A stretch of 64,000 bases of DNA from the human T2T-CHM13v2.0 reference genome, Homo sapiens (GCF_009914755.1 NC_060928.1), one strand, 5' to 3'; shown: positions 1 to 11,950, counted from the first letter of the stretch. Notes: generated by a model not told the origin, from the letters alone. Program-made: numbers and translations.

Positions 1-195
1 TTTAACCTAAAATATCTGTCCTTGAACTCACCCTGTTTTTTTTTAAATGTCTTATTGCTCATTTAGAAGCTTTCACATTTGCTTTTTAAGCAACACAAGA
101 TGAAATCCAAGATAGAAGACAGAAGTCCATAAAATCGTACTGAGTCCTTACATTTTGACCCACTGTGATTTGCATCACCAACAGAGTCCTGCAGT

Positions 196-325
196 GTAGC
201 ATAGTGGTGAAGCTCATGGCCTTTGACATTGAACAACTAAATTCACACAGCTCCATTACCATCTGTGGGACTTTGGGCAAGTTATGCTATCTATTTCCTC
301 ATCTCTAGAATAGGGAATTATTAAT
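196..325 (+). mobile_element. MIR SINE fragment
   Basis: MIR core-like tgggactttgggcaagtta...tttcctcatctctagaataggg. Confidence 0.65.
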
Positions 326-1820
326 GTGCTATTATTTAGTAGTACAAACCTCAGAGATTTCTTTAAAGGAGAAGTGGTTTTAGCAAGACGTCACTGGCAG
401 ATAAGCCTGAAGAATAAAATTTTTAAGGATTTATACATATCTGTAATCTAGCCTTCACTCATTTCCTTTGGAAAGTAGATGGATATATATGGAGACATGT
501 ATTAGGGTTCTCTTATGCTCTAGAATCAAGATGGCAAAGTGCCTCAAGTGTTTTTTTGTTTTGTTTTGTTTTGTTTTGTTTCTTGTTCATTCTTTAATGA
601 ATTTTAAACCCTCTTCCCGCATGTGTTTAGTTGGTCTTTCATTCTTTTCCACTCATCATCATTAATTCTATAATTGAGGCTCCATCTCTTTTCTTTTATT
701 TCCCCTACACCACCAGTCTCTGCGCTCCAAGGCAAAGGAGGTTCTCCTCCCAGTCAGGGCAAATACACAGAGATGGAATCACTTACTAGGCATTTCAGAG
801 GCATGAATTACCACTTAAACTTCCAAGGTTGAAGCCCTGGAGAGGGAGACCAATGGAGAGTGGTGAGCACCTCCTCAGAATAAAAAGATAGCCAGAAGGC
901 ATGGGATATTTCACAGAGCAGCTACATAAATAGCTGGGTATTTACAGTCCCATTGGAATGGGTACATTCCCCAATAATGATCTGACTCAAGATCATTCCC
1001 CAAGGGTGGAAGAGCTTCCTGAGAGTCTAAGCAATTATCTAAAACAGCGGCCCTTAAGCAGTCTTAAAATACACTTGTGTATCACAAACAATTTATGAGC
1101 AATGATAAAGTACCAATGACAGCAAATTATTTATTAAAGTATAATTTAGAGCTGTTTTCTCTAATGAATTATATTAACCTCAAAAATCAAGTTATTTCTA
1201 TAATAATGTCACTCTCACTCATTTCACTGGCATGTGTGGATATTTTCTTAAATAGGAAAAAAATGGAAATGAAGTTACACTGAGGTTCTGGTATCCTCAT
1301 GAGAAAGAAATTTCTCGTAGTACACATACCAGCAGACTCTTGTAAGAATTCTACATCTTATATCTGTTCCGTTTTTGTCACTTCTGCTACCCTCTGCTTC
1401 TTAGTTGTTTTTAGGAGAACTAAGTCAAAAATGCATGTGTCTGTGACTTTATTTTCTACAACATTAAGGAAGTGGAGTATGGGAAAGACATACAGTTTTC
1501 AAGTTAGCCTGGCAGGGAGGAAAGGAACCCAGGTGTGGCAAGCAGGTGGTGAAGCTGTGAAGAGGAACGGAAATGAAGCTGAATTGCTCAGCATACAGGA
1601 AGGAAGAAAGAGGTACAGGGCTGCTTGGTTAGGACAGAGGAGGGACCCAGGTTGTTAGGCTACCAGGGGAGTTCTCTGAGATCATGACCAGGAAAAGAGC
1701 CCATTCTAATTTTGTTGAACTATATTTATTACTAAGCTTATTCCCGTTGTCTGGGAATTATTTGAGAGTTCAGACTATGTATTATTCAATTTTGAGTCCC
1801 TAGCACACAAAACAGGGTTT

Positions 1821-1857
1821 TACATACATACATATATATATATGTATATATATATAT
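1821..1857. repeat. (TA)n-rich microsatellite in an L2 3' fragment
   Basis: tacatacatacatatatatatatgtatatatatatat. Confidence 0.8.
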
Positions 1858-3418
1858 CTCAAGTGCTCGATACAGATTTATTAAATGATCCAAAGAATTC
1901 ACCTTTCTTAAACCAGGGCCTTCTGCCAACTCCATTTCACATTCTATCTCTCACCTCCTAAATAAATTCCTATTTCCAGTTGGAGGAAAGCTTTGATTCA
2001 ATTTGCAAAGTAGAAGGAGCTGACATGCTCTCAATCCAGTCCAGCTCAGGTTATTAACTTTTCCCCTCCCTCTCGGAGGCTCAGATTTCATCACTCAAAA
2101 GCCACAAACCCCAGAGGGAGGATTTTTTAAAAACCTATCATTATAGTTCTAAACATCAAAATAGCCACCAGGGGAATAGCAGAACAGTTTCTTCGTAAAA
2201 GAGCATAAACATTTCAGTGAACTAAATTTGTGTTTTAAATGGCACTTTCAGAAAAATAACTTTATCTCTAAAGACTTTTAACACCTATGGTCTTTTATAT
2301 ATTATCAACCCATTTCAGGTGACAGGACGCTTGATACTTAAACACAGCCACCATTCTATAAGGAAATGCCACTCTCTTCAAAGAAAGCATAGAGTCAATG
2401 TGGCACTGTGTCCTCTGTTAGTTTCGATTGGTACTATTCTCGGCACTGTCTTCTCGGAGTGAAGCTGTTGAAACACCGACACTTTAGGATTAATAATTAG
2501 ATGAGGGGATGTTTTTAGAAATAAAGTAGGAGGCACGAAGTGGGGGTGGTATGCAGCAAGTGTGCATGAGGAAGGAAAGTGGCAGGAGAAGTTGACAAGG
2601 CATGAGAGATTTCAGAGCGCTATGAAGACAGCTTTCCCTACCGAAGAGATCTGTCTGAGTTTTCCATCTTGTTGCCTCAAAAGGGCATTTGTCTTTATTT
2701 GCAACATGAATAAATCAACCCTGATGCAGTCACCTCATTTTTTAGCCATAGTAACGGAGCAGTTCTACACAATCAAGTGGCCAGACTGTGCAGTGATCTG
2801 CCTAGCCTCAGAGAGGGGTTGCAAACACAGCCTACTGTAATCATTAACTGAGCATTTCCAGGCTATACAGAAACACAAGCTGGGATACGAGTTGATACTA
2901 CTCCTGAAAGTTTATCTCAACTGCCAGTCCTGCTAAATAAAATGCAGCATCACTTGAAAGATTGAGATACACTCTGGACTTTCAGGAAGCTATGCAAGTT
3001 TGGTCTATGTGTAAAAAGTTATACATAAGATAAAGATATGGTGCATTTAAAAATACATAAAGCAATCCAATGTGAGATCTCAGTCATTGGTCTTTAAGGT
3101 AAAGAAAAAATAAATTACATTATTGTTAAAACTGCTAATATTTTTCATTTGCCACTTGTCGTACAGTAAAAAGCAAGCAAGTACACAGATGAAAAACTCC
3201 GTTATTCTTTAACAGACTACGTTAACTCAATTTTTATTCATTAAACTTTCACAGACTCTACAAATTTTGATACTGCAAAATTTTTAGACCCTCACCATGG
3301 TTAATGGGGGTTAACTATATTTGGCGCCATCACCTTTCTGCTTTGTAGACACATCAATTTCATGAGTACAGTCATAGCATTTTGGAGCTCAATGGTACTT
3401 AGGGAACACCTAAGTAGT

Positions 3419-3716
3419 CCAGACTTTACAGACTCAATACCTACAGGTTTGGGGTAGTAACACAACTAAGTGAAGCTGTTGGGCACAAGTGACTTATATA
3501 AATGCTCAATGTCAGTGAGACATTGAGAAGTGGGGACTACAGTGAAGTAATGAAGTAGCATATATATTGCTGTTCAGCTCCAGCCTAGAGAATGTGGGTG
3601 AGGGCTTCATTTTTTATAATAGATCTGATGTTTAAACACTGGCTTAATTAAAAAATAAATACCTGGAGGCCACAGTTTTCCTGCTAGGCCCACAGACTGC
3701 CAGTTTTCAATTCTGA
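3419..3716 (+). mobile_element. MER102-like hAT-Charlie DNA transposon
   Basis: Resembles MER102: actcaatacctacagg...taagtgaagc...gtggggactac...cagctccagcc...ctgccagttttcaattctg; flanked by MIR-like sequence. Confidence 0.65.
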
Positions 3717-5569
3717 TTTGGTACATATATCTCCAAATCTGAGGCCCAGACAGGTAAAGTGAAGAGTACCAGGTCTCTCAGATGCTCACAGCAAAGCTTT
3801 CTTCTGCTCTGAGAATCCACTTGGGTAGACAATCCCTCATATGAAAGGAGACTGTAAGTGCATTTTCACTCACTTAATCAGAGCTCAGCCCCTTACCCTG
3901 ACAATGATAGACTTCTGCTCTCTGACTGTTTTCAGAACATGTTCGACATGAAAACAAGAACAATCACCCATACCCACTTTGTCATAAGCAATTTTTACCC
4001 AACCAAGGATGCAGGTGAAAATGAACATGCATTTACTAACTTTAGCTCTGACTAAAATTTTTACTGGAATTTAAAATTCTTAATTTTAATTAACAATTAC
4101 AATTTTAGCTGCTTCATTTTTACCTGCATTTTTCAAGGAGAAATACCTTATAGAAAAATTCAAAGAAAGGCATGCTTAATTAACAATATGACTAAGTATA
4201 AATTTAAGAATCATGCTATGTATAAAATAAATTAGAAACAGGTCTTAAGAATTACAAAAGTTTTGCTGCAATCATGGAGCTTGAAACCATGCTTTGAGTG
4301 GATTGAGAAACTAATTTAGAGTGAAGGAATGAGCATTTCAAAGCGATGTAATGGCAAAGGCAAAGATCAAACTCCAAGAAAGTGGAACTCACAGTGAGTC
4401 AAATGTCTTTTGCATTTTTGAACAACAATTTTAAAAAAATGTATACTGAGAAAGCACATTCATATCACAGAGTAAAAAGGAAGAACTACAAGAAAAACTT
4501 CTATGTTATATTCAGCATATCTGTCCTGTACAGTCATAATTCAGAATAAAGACACAGAGGCAATGCAAAAGTTCAAATCTTGATAATATTTGCAGGCTAA
4601 TTACATTTTAGAAAAACTGTCAACAAGAATTGAAACAAAAAATGCTCTGATTACTCAGAAAATATAGTTCACACAAACACTTCACTCCCTCAGGCATTTC
4701 ATTAAACCAAAGTTATACATTATAAAGAAAGAGAAGAGTCTCCCATAGACACAATATGCTTATTTTAATTTTATGCTATTTAGAAATCAATAACAACTGA
4801 TTTCTGAAAAACAATCAAGAATCTATTAACATAAAGCATCTGATTATTCTTCATAAACCAGATCTCCCACTTGGATGGACTATTTGCAATTCAAGTTTTA
4901 AAAAAATTCTCTGTAACTCTTTTTTCCTCCAGAAAATTAACAGATGCAAATGTGATTGTCAAAGGGGCTTTGGAGATATATCTCCGTCCTCCAGCTGTCC
5001 ATTACTGAATTAGCAACAATGCTGAGGTCCCCAGAGATGCCTGACATTGTGAGTTTTTACTCTTCCAGCCTCCAGAATTTTTTTAAGGGTTCTCTTGCTT
5101 CTGTAAGTGTCACAAAGCTGTGAATCCTGACTAAACCAATCTTCTAGAGGTGGCTTGGTATCCACGTTATTTAGGATCCAAGAATTAAAAATTTTAAATG
5201 GAATCTGGTGTGTAAGGCCAAGAACTTGTCTTGTCTTAGATCACCCAGCTGATCCCCACGATATTTCTGCTACGCTAGACCCTTGGGACAGAGATGAGAT
5301 CATGGCATTGTCATTTAGACAGACTTACTGAATTGACTCTCAATTTTGGAGGAAGGGGTGCATAGTAACTGATTCTCCTCCCTCACCATGGAGAAAACTC
5401 TTGGACATTGTCTTCAGGTCCTGGTCCTTTTTCCCTTAGCCAAGAATTACTGGGGAATTAGAAAGAGGAGTTCTGGATTTTTAGCTTCAGCTCTATTAGT
5501 GACTAGAAACAGTTATTAACTTCCTTGGGACTCATCTGTAATCATTTATTTCTTTGTAAATAAAGGCAA

Positions 5570-5700
5570 TGGTTTCCAAATCTGGGTACTGGAATCCTTT
5601 TGGGACCTTTATAAAAATACAGATTTCTAAGCCCCACCTCCAGATTCAGATTCAGATTCAGATTAGGGTCATTTATAACTGCCTGGTAATAATAATTGGG
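5570..5700. mobile_element. MER5-family fragment with (CAGATT)4
   Basis: tttataaaaatacagatttctaagccccacctccagattcagattcagattcagatt. Confidence 0.6.
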
Positions 5701-6734
5701 GCCCCAGATTATGCTGCCAGCTTCAAAATAAAGCCAATAATTTAATTACCGACATGAACAATTAGAAAGCTGTTACTATGTTGCCAACTCCAATATGCCC
5801 AGTTAAAAAGCTGTGAAAACTTTTCTCACTGGCATTCAAGAGAGTACGTAATTTAAATTGTAAGAGTGTATACATTTTCTCCCTGAAATTCAGTAATTTC
5901 AGAATTTCAATCCAAATGCAGACTCTAAATGTTTTTGTTATTCCAGACTTGACTCTTACGTGCAAAAAGTTAGATTATCACTAATTTGAACACTCTGATA
6001 TGGATAAGAAAGAGGTCCAAGTCATTTTTATTTTTTTAAAAAAAGCAAAGTTCCATATTTGGTTGCATTCCAAATCAACTAATTCAAGCAGATGAATCTC
6101 TGACTTAACTGGCCCTGGTCTTCTGTTTTAAGGTATAGCTTCATTTAAAAGGGTGAAAATATCACAAAATTGTTCTATTCCAGAGAAAAGACACCAAGAG
6201 CTGAATGAAGCCCACCAAGAAAATGTTCAGGAACACAAGTAAAGGTTTTCTTCTCTAACTTTGTCTCTTCAGAATAACTGTTAGGGTACAGCAAAACACA
6301 AGAATAAATTTTCTAGAAATGCATACAAACATATTTAAATATCTAACTAAGAAGATGGACAAGTCATAGAGCAACTGACGAAAAGAAAATATGGCAGATG
6401 CTGCCGTTCCTTTAGGAGTTCATGGCTACCAAGCGATCTGGTTCATCTTCACAGCCTGTCAGTTCCTCACATGACCACCTCGGCCTTCTGTGCCAACGAC
6501 TGTAGTTGCATTCTGAGAAATGAAATAATCACGCCACAATGTGGTGTATCTCGTAATGTCAATAGTTCAACAGTAACATTCAACTGAACAAGGCCTAACC
6601 AGTAAATTACTGCAAAATAAATAAAAAGATGGCAGGAAATGGCAGATTTATGATGTTATGGCCACTCTGGCTAGATTTTCTTAAAGTAGCAGTATTAGGA
6701 AAATAGATCTTAGTCATAAAATAATTAACAACTC

Positions 6735-7060
6735 AAAAAAGGTCAAATATACAGAGCTAGAGAATAAAACAGTGATTACCAGGGTGAAGATGATCGGGGA
6801 GGAAAAGGGGGCATCCAGGTCAAAGGATACAAAGTAGTAGATATAAAAGATGTATACGTTATTTGGTTCCACTACAGACACCGTCACCATTTTACATTTT
6901 ATGTATATACATGTATACCATTATATATATTTATATATAAAAAATATAAAATATGTATATATGTGTATATATAAAAAATATATAAAATATGTATGTATGT
7001 ATCTTATAACATCACGTTGTATACTTTAAATATACACAATGAAATTTATTTTTTTAAAAA
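6735..7060 (+). mobile_element. Old L1M (L1MA/MB-type) 3' end fragment
   Basis: agagctagagaataaaacagtgattaccagg...gtcaaaggatacaaagt...aacatcacgttgtatactttaaatatacacaat. Confidence 0.7.
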
Positions 7061-7493
7061 GTAACTCATGTAATATTTCAGTCCAAGCAGAAATTCTACT
7101 GCAGTTCTCTTCCAACTTGATATTTATTTCTTCTTTTCTAAATGATTCTTAAATATAACTGCCATTACTTCCTCATTCTTTGCTTCCTCCTTCTATAGAC
7201 ATGAAATCAGCACCCCTTCCTCACTGCACATCCAGGTCCATCCATCTTTTATAAACTAACTCAAGATCCCCCTCCTCCTTGAAGCCTTTCCAGATTAATT
7301 CAGTCCCCAAGGATCTTGCTCTCTGACTTTACTGCCATGTACTCACTAAATTGTAAGTCTTGCCTTCCTCAATCAGGCAATTATGCTATTCAGAATATTG
7401 CGGAAAATGCTTGTCTATCAGATCTGTCAGATCTCTTGGTCGGCTCTTGGCATCTTGCAAACTGGGAACATCTCTTCTTTGTATCACTTAAAG

Positions 7494-7717
7494 CAGTAGC
7501 TTTCAGACTTTTTGGAAAATGATGTATAATGAGGTATACATTTTATATCACAGTCCATTATGCAGGCTTGCACACACACACACATACGTATATATATATT
7601 TAAGGAATTTCATGAACAATACTTACTCTTCTGTTTTAGTATTTTATTTTTCAAAAATAAAAATGCTGATCAGACTCACTAAACTGACTTCACAGTGTGC
7701 TAGTTTGAAAAGCACCA
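7494..7717. mobile_element. MER112-like hAT-Charlie element
   Basis: TIR-like ends cagtagctttcagac / gtttgaaaagcacc, internal (CA)n and aacaatacttactct typical of MER112. Confidence 0.6.
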
Positions 7718-8329
7718 TTCTTGAAGGGCACTTAATGATTACTATGGGATTACTGTAACTATTTCTCTCATTTAAAAAATAATTTTTAAAAATGTATGTG
7801 GCCTTTGGGGTCTGTTTAGCCTGTGTTCCTGAGTTACTTGTTTGTTCAGTCTGTTTTTTACACTATCATATGTTTGCCTTTTGGAGTCATCTAGGACAAA
7901 TAAATACTTAGAATATACACTCTTTGTCATTCTTTTCCCCTGAGCCCTATTCTCATAAAAATAAGAATCCTTGAATTTTTATAACTCATTTCTACATAAT
8001 TCAAACCTCTATTCCCTCATTCTCTCTCTTATTTTTCTAATATGCAAAGTAGGTGGTAGACATTTGTAGATGAAATATTTGAGCCAAAAATAATTAAGAC
8101 TTTTCCCCCTTTAAGCAGCCTATTGTAAATTAAGGTAAATATAATTTCTAGATATTTGAAGAATATAAATTTGGGTAATCTGAATACCATAGATCCTCAA
8201 AATGAATGCATTCACCTAAATCACCCAGATAAAATGGTTTACTGACCAGATGAGTTGGCAGGCCTTTTGGACTTCAGTTTGTAGGTGGATCCTGCTGCCC
8301 TCTCCATTCTCGTCTTACCATCTTTATGT

Positions 8330-8680
8330 ACTCACACTGTTTTTCAACCACCTGGAGCTATGTATTTTCCTTGGTCTCTGCTTATTTTGGTCCCCGTGCC
8401 AGGAATGTCCTTCCCTCTCTTCTTCACTGGGCTAGGTCCTCTCATCTTTCAGGTCCATGGGAAACTCTCCTTATTCTCTCCACCTCTACCCTGGCCTCCA
8501 CAGCACCCTGTCAGGGCACTCCACCAGCGGTTGCTGGCAGTGTCCCTCCCAAGTTTTGCAGGCTGAGACTATGTCTTGTTTATTCTTCTATTCCACAATC
8601 TAGGACCATGTCCAGTCCAGGATTAAATATATGTTGAATATATCAACATATATTCATGAAAAAGTGAATGAATGAGTGCA
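8330..8680 (+). mobile_element. L2 3' fragment
   Basis: ccaggaatgtccttccct...gactatgtcttgtttattc...gtgaatgaatgag tail. Confidence 0.55.
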
Positions 8681-10438
8681 TAAAGGGCAGGAGCAGCTGC
8701 CAATGAAAGAGCTCAAATAAGAGCTGTGGCTAGAATCATGTGTCCTCCTTCTCTGAGCCCAACATTTTATAATTTTGTGATTCCAAGACCAATATTTCCG
8801 TGTTTCCTGCAAGCTGCAGATTTTGCAACTGGAAATTCAAACAGTGAAGGATAGCTGGATCTAAATATAGTCTTTTAAGTATGTTGAGGCATAATTAAGA
8901 AAATGTTGCAGGAACAAATAATTAAGCATATTGGGCAATTTTTTTGAGGCAATTAAAACACTCAAATTTCAAAACAGCTTGCTGGAATCCAGCCTGCCCT
9001 CCAATTGACACTGATCTGACTCATACAACGCCTCAGTCCTCTACTTCCCATGTGAAGCTGATGCACTTGTGATTTTGTCCTAATCATTTTCGTAGAAGTC
9101 TAGTTAGTGATTAGGTGAAGGCTCACCACACCACAACACACTGTACATGGCTCTCCATGAGTTCCTCTGCTGTTTCCAAAATAAATTTCAATCATATAAC
9201 ATCTAGGCCTGCAATTGCAATTGCTGTTTTTTTTTTCTCTTTTGAATCAATAACCTATTCCCTCGATTAAAGACACACAAAACTTGAAAAACTAAACACA
9301 CACAAAAACTCGAAAAAGAACATTCTCTAACGCAAACTCCTGTCTTTTGCAGATAGCAGCAGAGATTTTCTGCTTTGGGCTGTGACTCATGTACCTTTAT
9401 TCCCACAATTGTTACTCAGGGCAGGCCAATGGTGAGCACAATGGGAAAAGAAAGAATAGGTTATAACTGGAAAATAAGCACATTCGGGCGAAGTACACTC
9501 AAAGCATTATCAAAGTAAAATATGCAGCAGCACCAACAAGAGCAAACAAAAGCCCACGCAGGAGATGTGTAAATATTTCATGAAGCAAAGCCTTAATCAA
9601 CCCTCTCTCCCAAATCTTGCTGGTGTTGTAAACACTTCAGTTTCTTCTAGTCCCACCATGACCCAGATACCTTGCAAAAACAAAATAAAAACATAGTCCA
9701 ATGGATCTTTAAACAAATGTGTTGTGAAAATATTTAGATGGAGCATACCCAAGTACCGCTTTAACCAAGAGGAAGAAGACACCTTACTCAAAGGTGGGTG
9801 CTTCTTGAGTGACTGCTCAGAGCTCTGTTTCTCCCCTCCCCCTCCAAGCCCTTGCCTTTTGCCCACCTCCTCGGCTGCTTTGTGGACATTCACATCGTCT
9901 TAACCTTGAACTGCCTACACCCCAAGCGGTGATTTCTCCCAATGGCCCTCCAGAAAGCCCTTGAAACCTGGTCTGGATTCGATGCCTTCCCATCACCCAA
10001 AATTCACTTCCCAGTGGCATATTAAGTACCTCTCCTTTTTTCCCTCTTTCACTGTCCATTATTGCGTCTGAAATGATGCCTACATCGTTTCCATCTGCCT
10101 GGAGAGCATGAAGATCTTCTGTGTGTGTTGGCTGACAGGCTCCTTCAGACCTCTTCTAAAGCCCATCTTGAAAGAACCGTTTATCACCTCTAGTCTCTAC
10201 CCTGATTTAATGTGGTTCCAAAGTTCGCCTCTATTAGTGAACATGTCTCTACAATGATTTCCCTTTATCAACCCCTGCCCGCCCTTCCTCTTCTTTCTGC
10301 CTACCTCAAGAAAACCTATTTACATATGCATTTATGTATGTGTGTGTATATACACACACATACATACATCCATATGTAATATATATTTCTATGTTTTGAC
10401 CTTAAAGGGGATAAGCATAGGAAAATGAGACAAATGTC

Positions 10439-10464
10439 ACACACACACACACACACACACACAC
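10439..10464. repeat. (CA)n microsatellite
   Basis: About 13 CA units. Confidence 0.95.
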
Positions 10465-10551
10465 CCCTCATATTCGGATATTCGCAGTGTGCAGACCCGA
10501 TTGATTATAAATTCCCCTGCCCACGATCAGCAGGCGTCTTCTCCCATTTAC

Positions 10552-10602
10552 CTTCAAAGCCAGAGCCAAAGAGAGCAATGACCTTGCAGAGAAATTCATC
10601 AC
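10552..10602 (-). other. Candidate 51-nt alternative 5'UTR exon
   Basis: Minus strand tctttctcgcag|GTGATG...TTTGAAG|gtaaat. An alternative acceptor ctgtag behind a longer pyrimidine tract would start the exon at 10623. Confidence 0.4.
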
Positions 10603-10780
10603 CTGCGAGAAAGACTGCCCCTCCTACAGCGCAGGATGGGACAGAGACAAGAGCAACAGGCAAAGGATCCCTGTGCAAAATGTGGGACCGAATCCCTTCC
10701 GCATCCCTACAAAGCACACCACCAGGCTCCGGTCCCCCGCGCTGGCCGCCGGGCGGAGGTGCGCAGGGGGCGTCTCCTAC

Positions 10781-11100
10781 CTGCTCTGCCCGGCTCCGCG
10801 GCGCGGCGGGGCCACTGCCTGCGCTGTGGCGGGGGCTTCCCGTCGCATATCCCAAGCACCGTCTCTCGGCGCCACACCGATGGCTCCGGCGGGCCCGCGA
10901 GCTGAGGTCCTTCTCAGCCCGGTCCCGGAGCGAGCTCCGTGCGTTCAGGAACTGAAATTACTATGCCAAGAGCAGAGGCGGCGCGCAGCAGTCGGGCGTA
11001 GACCGAGGGGGCTGCCCCCACCGCGGGGCTGCAGACGCCGCCGCCGCCCCCGCCGGGCGCAGAGCCAGTTTGGAGGTGAGAGTTCACTTGCCCGACTGTT
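10781..11100 (-). other. Putative non-coding first exon (5'UTR) of a minus-strand gene; tentatively PAK5/PAK7 from memory, unverified
   Basis: Strong minus-strand donor GAGCAG|GTAGGA at the edge of the CpG island (exon end 10781, GT at 10780-10779). TSS position is estimated. Gene identity is only a recollection of the 5'UTR sequence. Confidence 0.6.
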
Positions 11101-11180
11101 CATCCGTCAGGCCCGGGGTGTACCCATCTGTCCAGCGCTGCCCAGCCTGAGCATCCGAGAGAGGGGCGACAGCTTTGCAG

Positions 11181-11213
11181 GCGGCGGCGGCGGCAGCAGC
11201 AGCGGCGGCAGCA
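11181..11213 (+). repeat. Interrupted trinucleotide repeat (GCG)4(GCA)3(GCG)2(GCA)2
   Basis: Read directly from the sequence inside the CpG island. Confidence 0.9.
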
Positions 11214-11490
11214 GGAGGCCGAGCTCCGCCCCCTCCAAACCCCCTCCCCCGCCTTCCCGGTCCTGGGGGAAAGTGTTGCAGCCCAGGCTGCTGAGCGCCG
11301 GGCCGGGAGCTAGGAGGGGTCTGGTGGGTTGTGGTTCTGCACCCCTGGAGACCAGAGACAGATGGAAAGTTAAGAAGGGATTAAGGAAGAGGGCTGGGGG
11401 CCCAGAGCGATTTAGCAGGCATTCTGGCCCTTGCTCCCTCCCACAGGTCACCAGACTCCATGGCTGAGTCTAGACTCTAGCAGAAGGTTT

Positions 11491-11506
11491 CCAATAAAGC
11501 CACGTG
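11491..11506. promoter_or_regulatory. CCAAT and E-box (CACGTG) motifs next to the CpG island
   Basis: ccaat at 11491-11495 and cacgtg at 11501-11506; motif matches only. Confidence 0.3.
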
Positions 11507-11754
11507 CAGTGGAGATCTGAAAGCAAGATCATCCGATAAGTAATATGTTTTGCAAAATGTACAGTATCCTGCGTATTCGGAGAGGCACTGCTGACAGTGT
11601 TCCTGTCCCCATCCCCTTCCCCCTACCCCATGGGCTTGGAGGGCTTTGAGGGCTTTGGAAATCTTCCCTGTTGAGCAGCTCCAGAATCCTGAATGGATGT
11701 GTAGTATGGTTAGCAGCTGTAGATGGTGCAAAATGATACGATGAAAAGAGCTTC

Positions 11755-11950
11755 ATTATTAACTGGGTATTTGTTGGAAGGCTCTGTGAAAAATGCCTTA
11801 CATACAGCCTCAGCCTCTTTAATTCTTACTACAACCCATTGAGGTGCCTTACCATGTGGACGAGGAAACAGGCTTATATGATCTAAACACTTTGCTTGAG
11901 GTCACACAGTAGTAACCTGCTCAGCTGGGATTCAAACCAATCCAAAATAT
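11755..11950 (-). mobile_element. MIR
   Basis: tttaattcttactacaacccattgagg...gaggaaacaggc...gaggtcacacag...gctgggattcaaacc. Confidence 0.7.

Larger units (their letters stand above)
10700..11320. promoter_or_regulatory. CpG island promoter
   Basis: Abrupt switch to GC-rich, CpG-dense sequence (e.g. ccgcggcgcggcggggcc, cgccgccgccgcccccgccgggcgc) in an otherwise CpG-depleted AT-rich window; Sp1-type GC box (minus GGGGGCGGAG) at 11224-11233. Confidence 0.92.

Noticed and set aside
2164-2178. CTCF-like gccaccaggggaata
   Set aside because: The 3' half of the core (GGCGC) is missing.
6430-6514. Possible minus-strand cryptic exon with acceptor tttcatttctcag
   Set aside because: No convincing donor nearby (CAT|GTGAGG and TTG|GTAGCC are weak).
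8626-8654. 12-bp-arm inverted repeat aatatatgttga/tcaacatatatt
   Set aside because: Short, AT-rich and inside an L2 tail; probably a local fold-back with no sign of function.
11335-11353. RE1/REST-like site ttctgcacccctggagacc (and half-site ttcagcacc near 18350)
   Set aside because: Wrong half-site spacing and mismatches in GGACAG; the 18350 site has no right half.
10673-11467. 264-aa + strand ORF and the other overlapping ORFs in the CpG island
   Set aside because: Low-complexity R/G/P/A-rich translations with no recognisable domain; long ORFs arise by chance in stop-poor GC-rich DNA.
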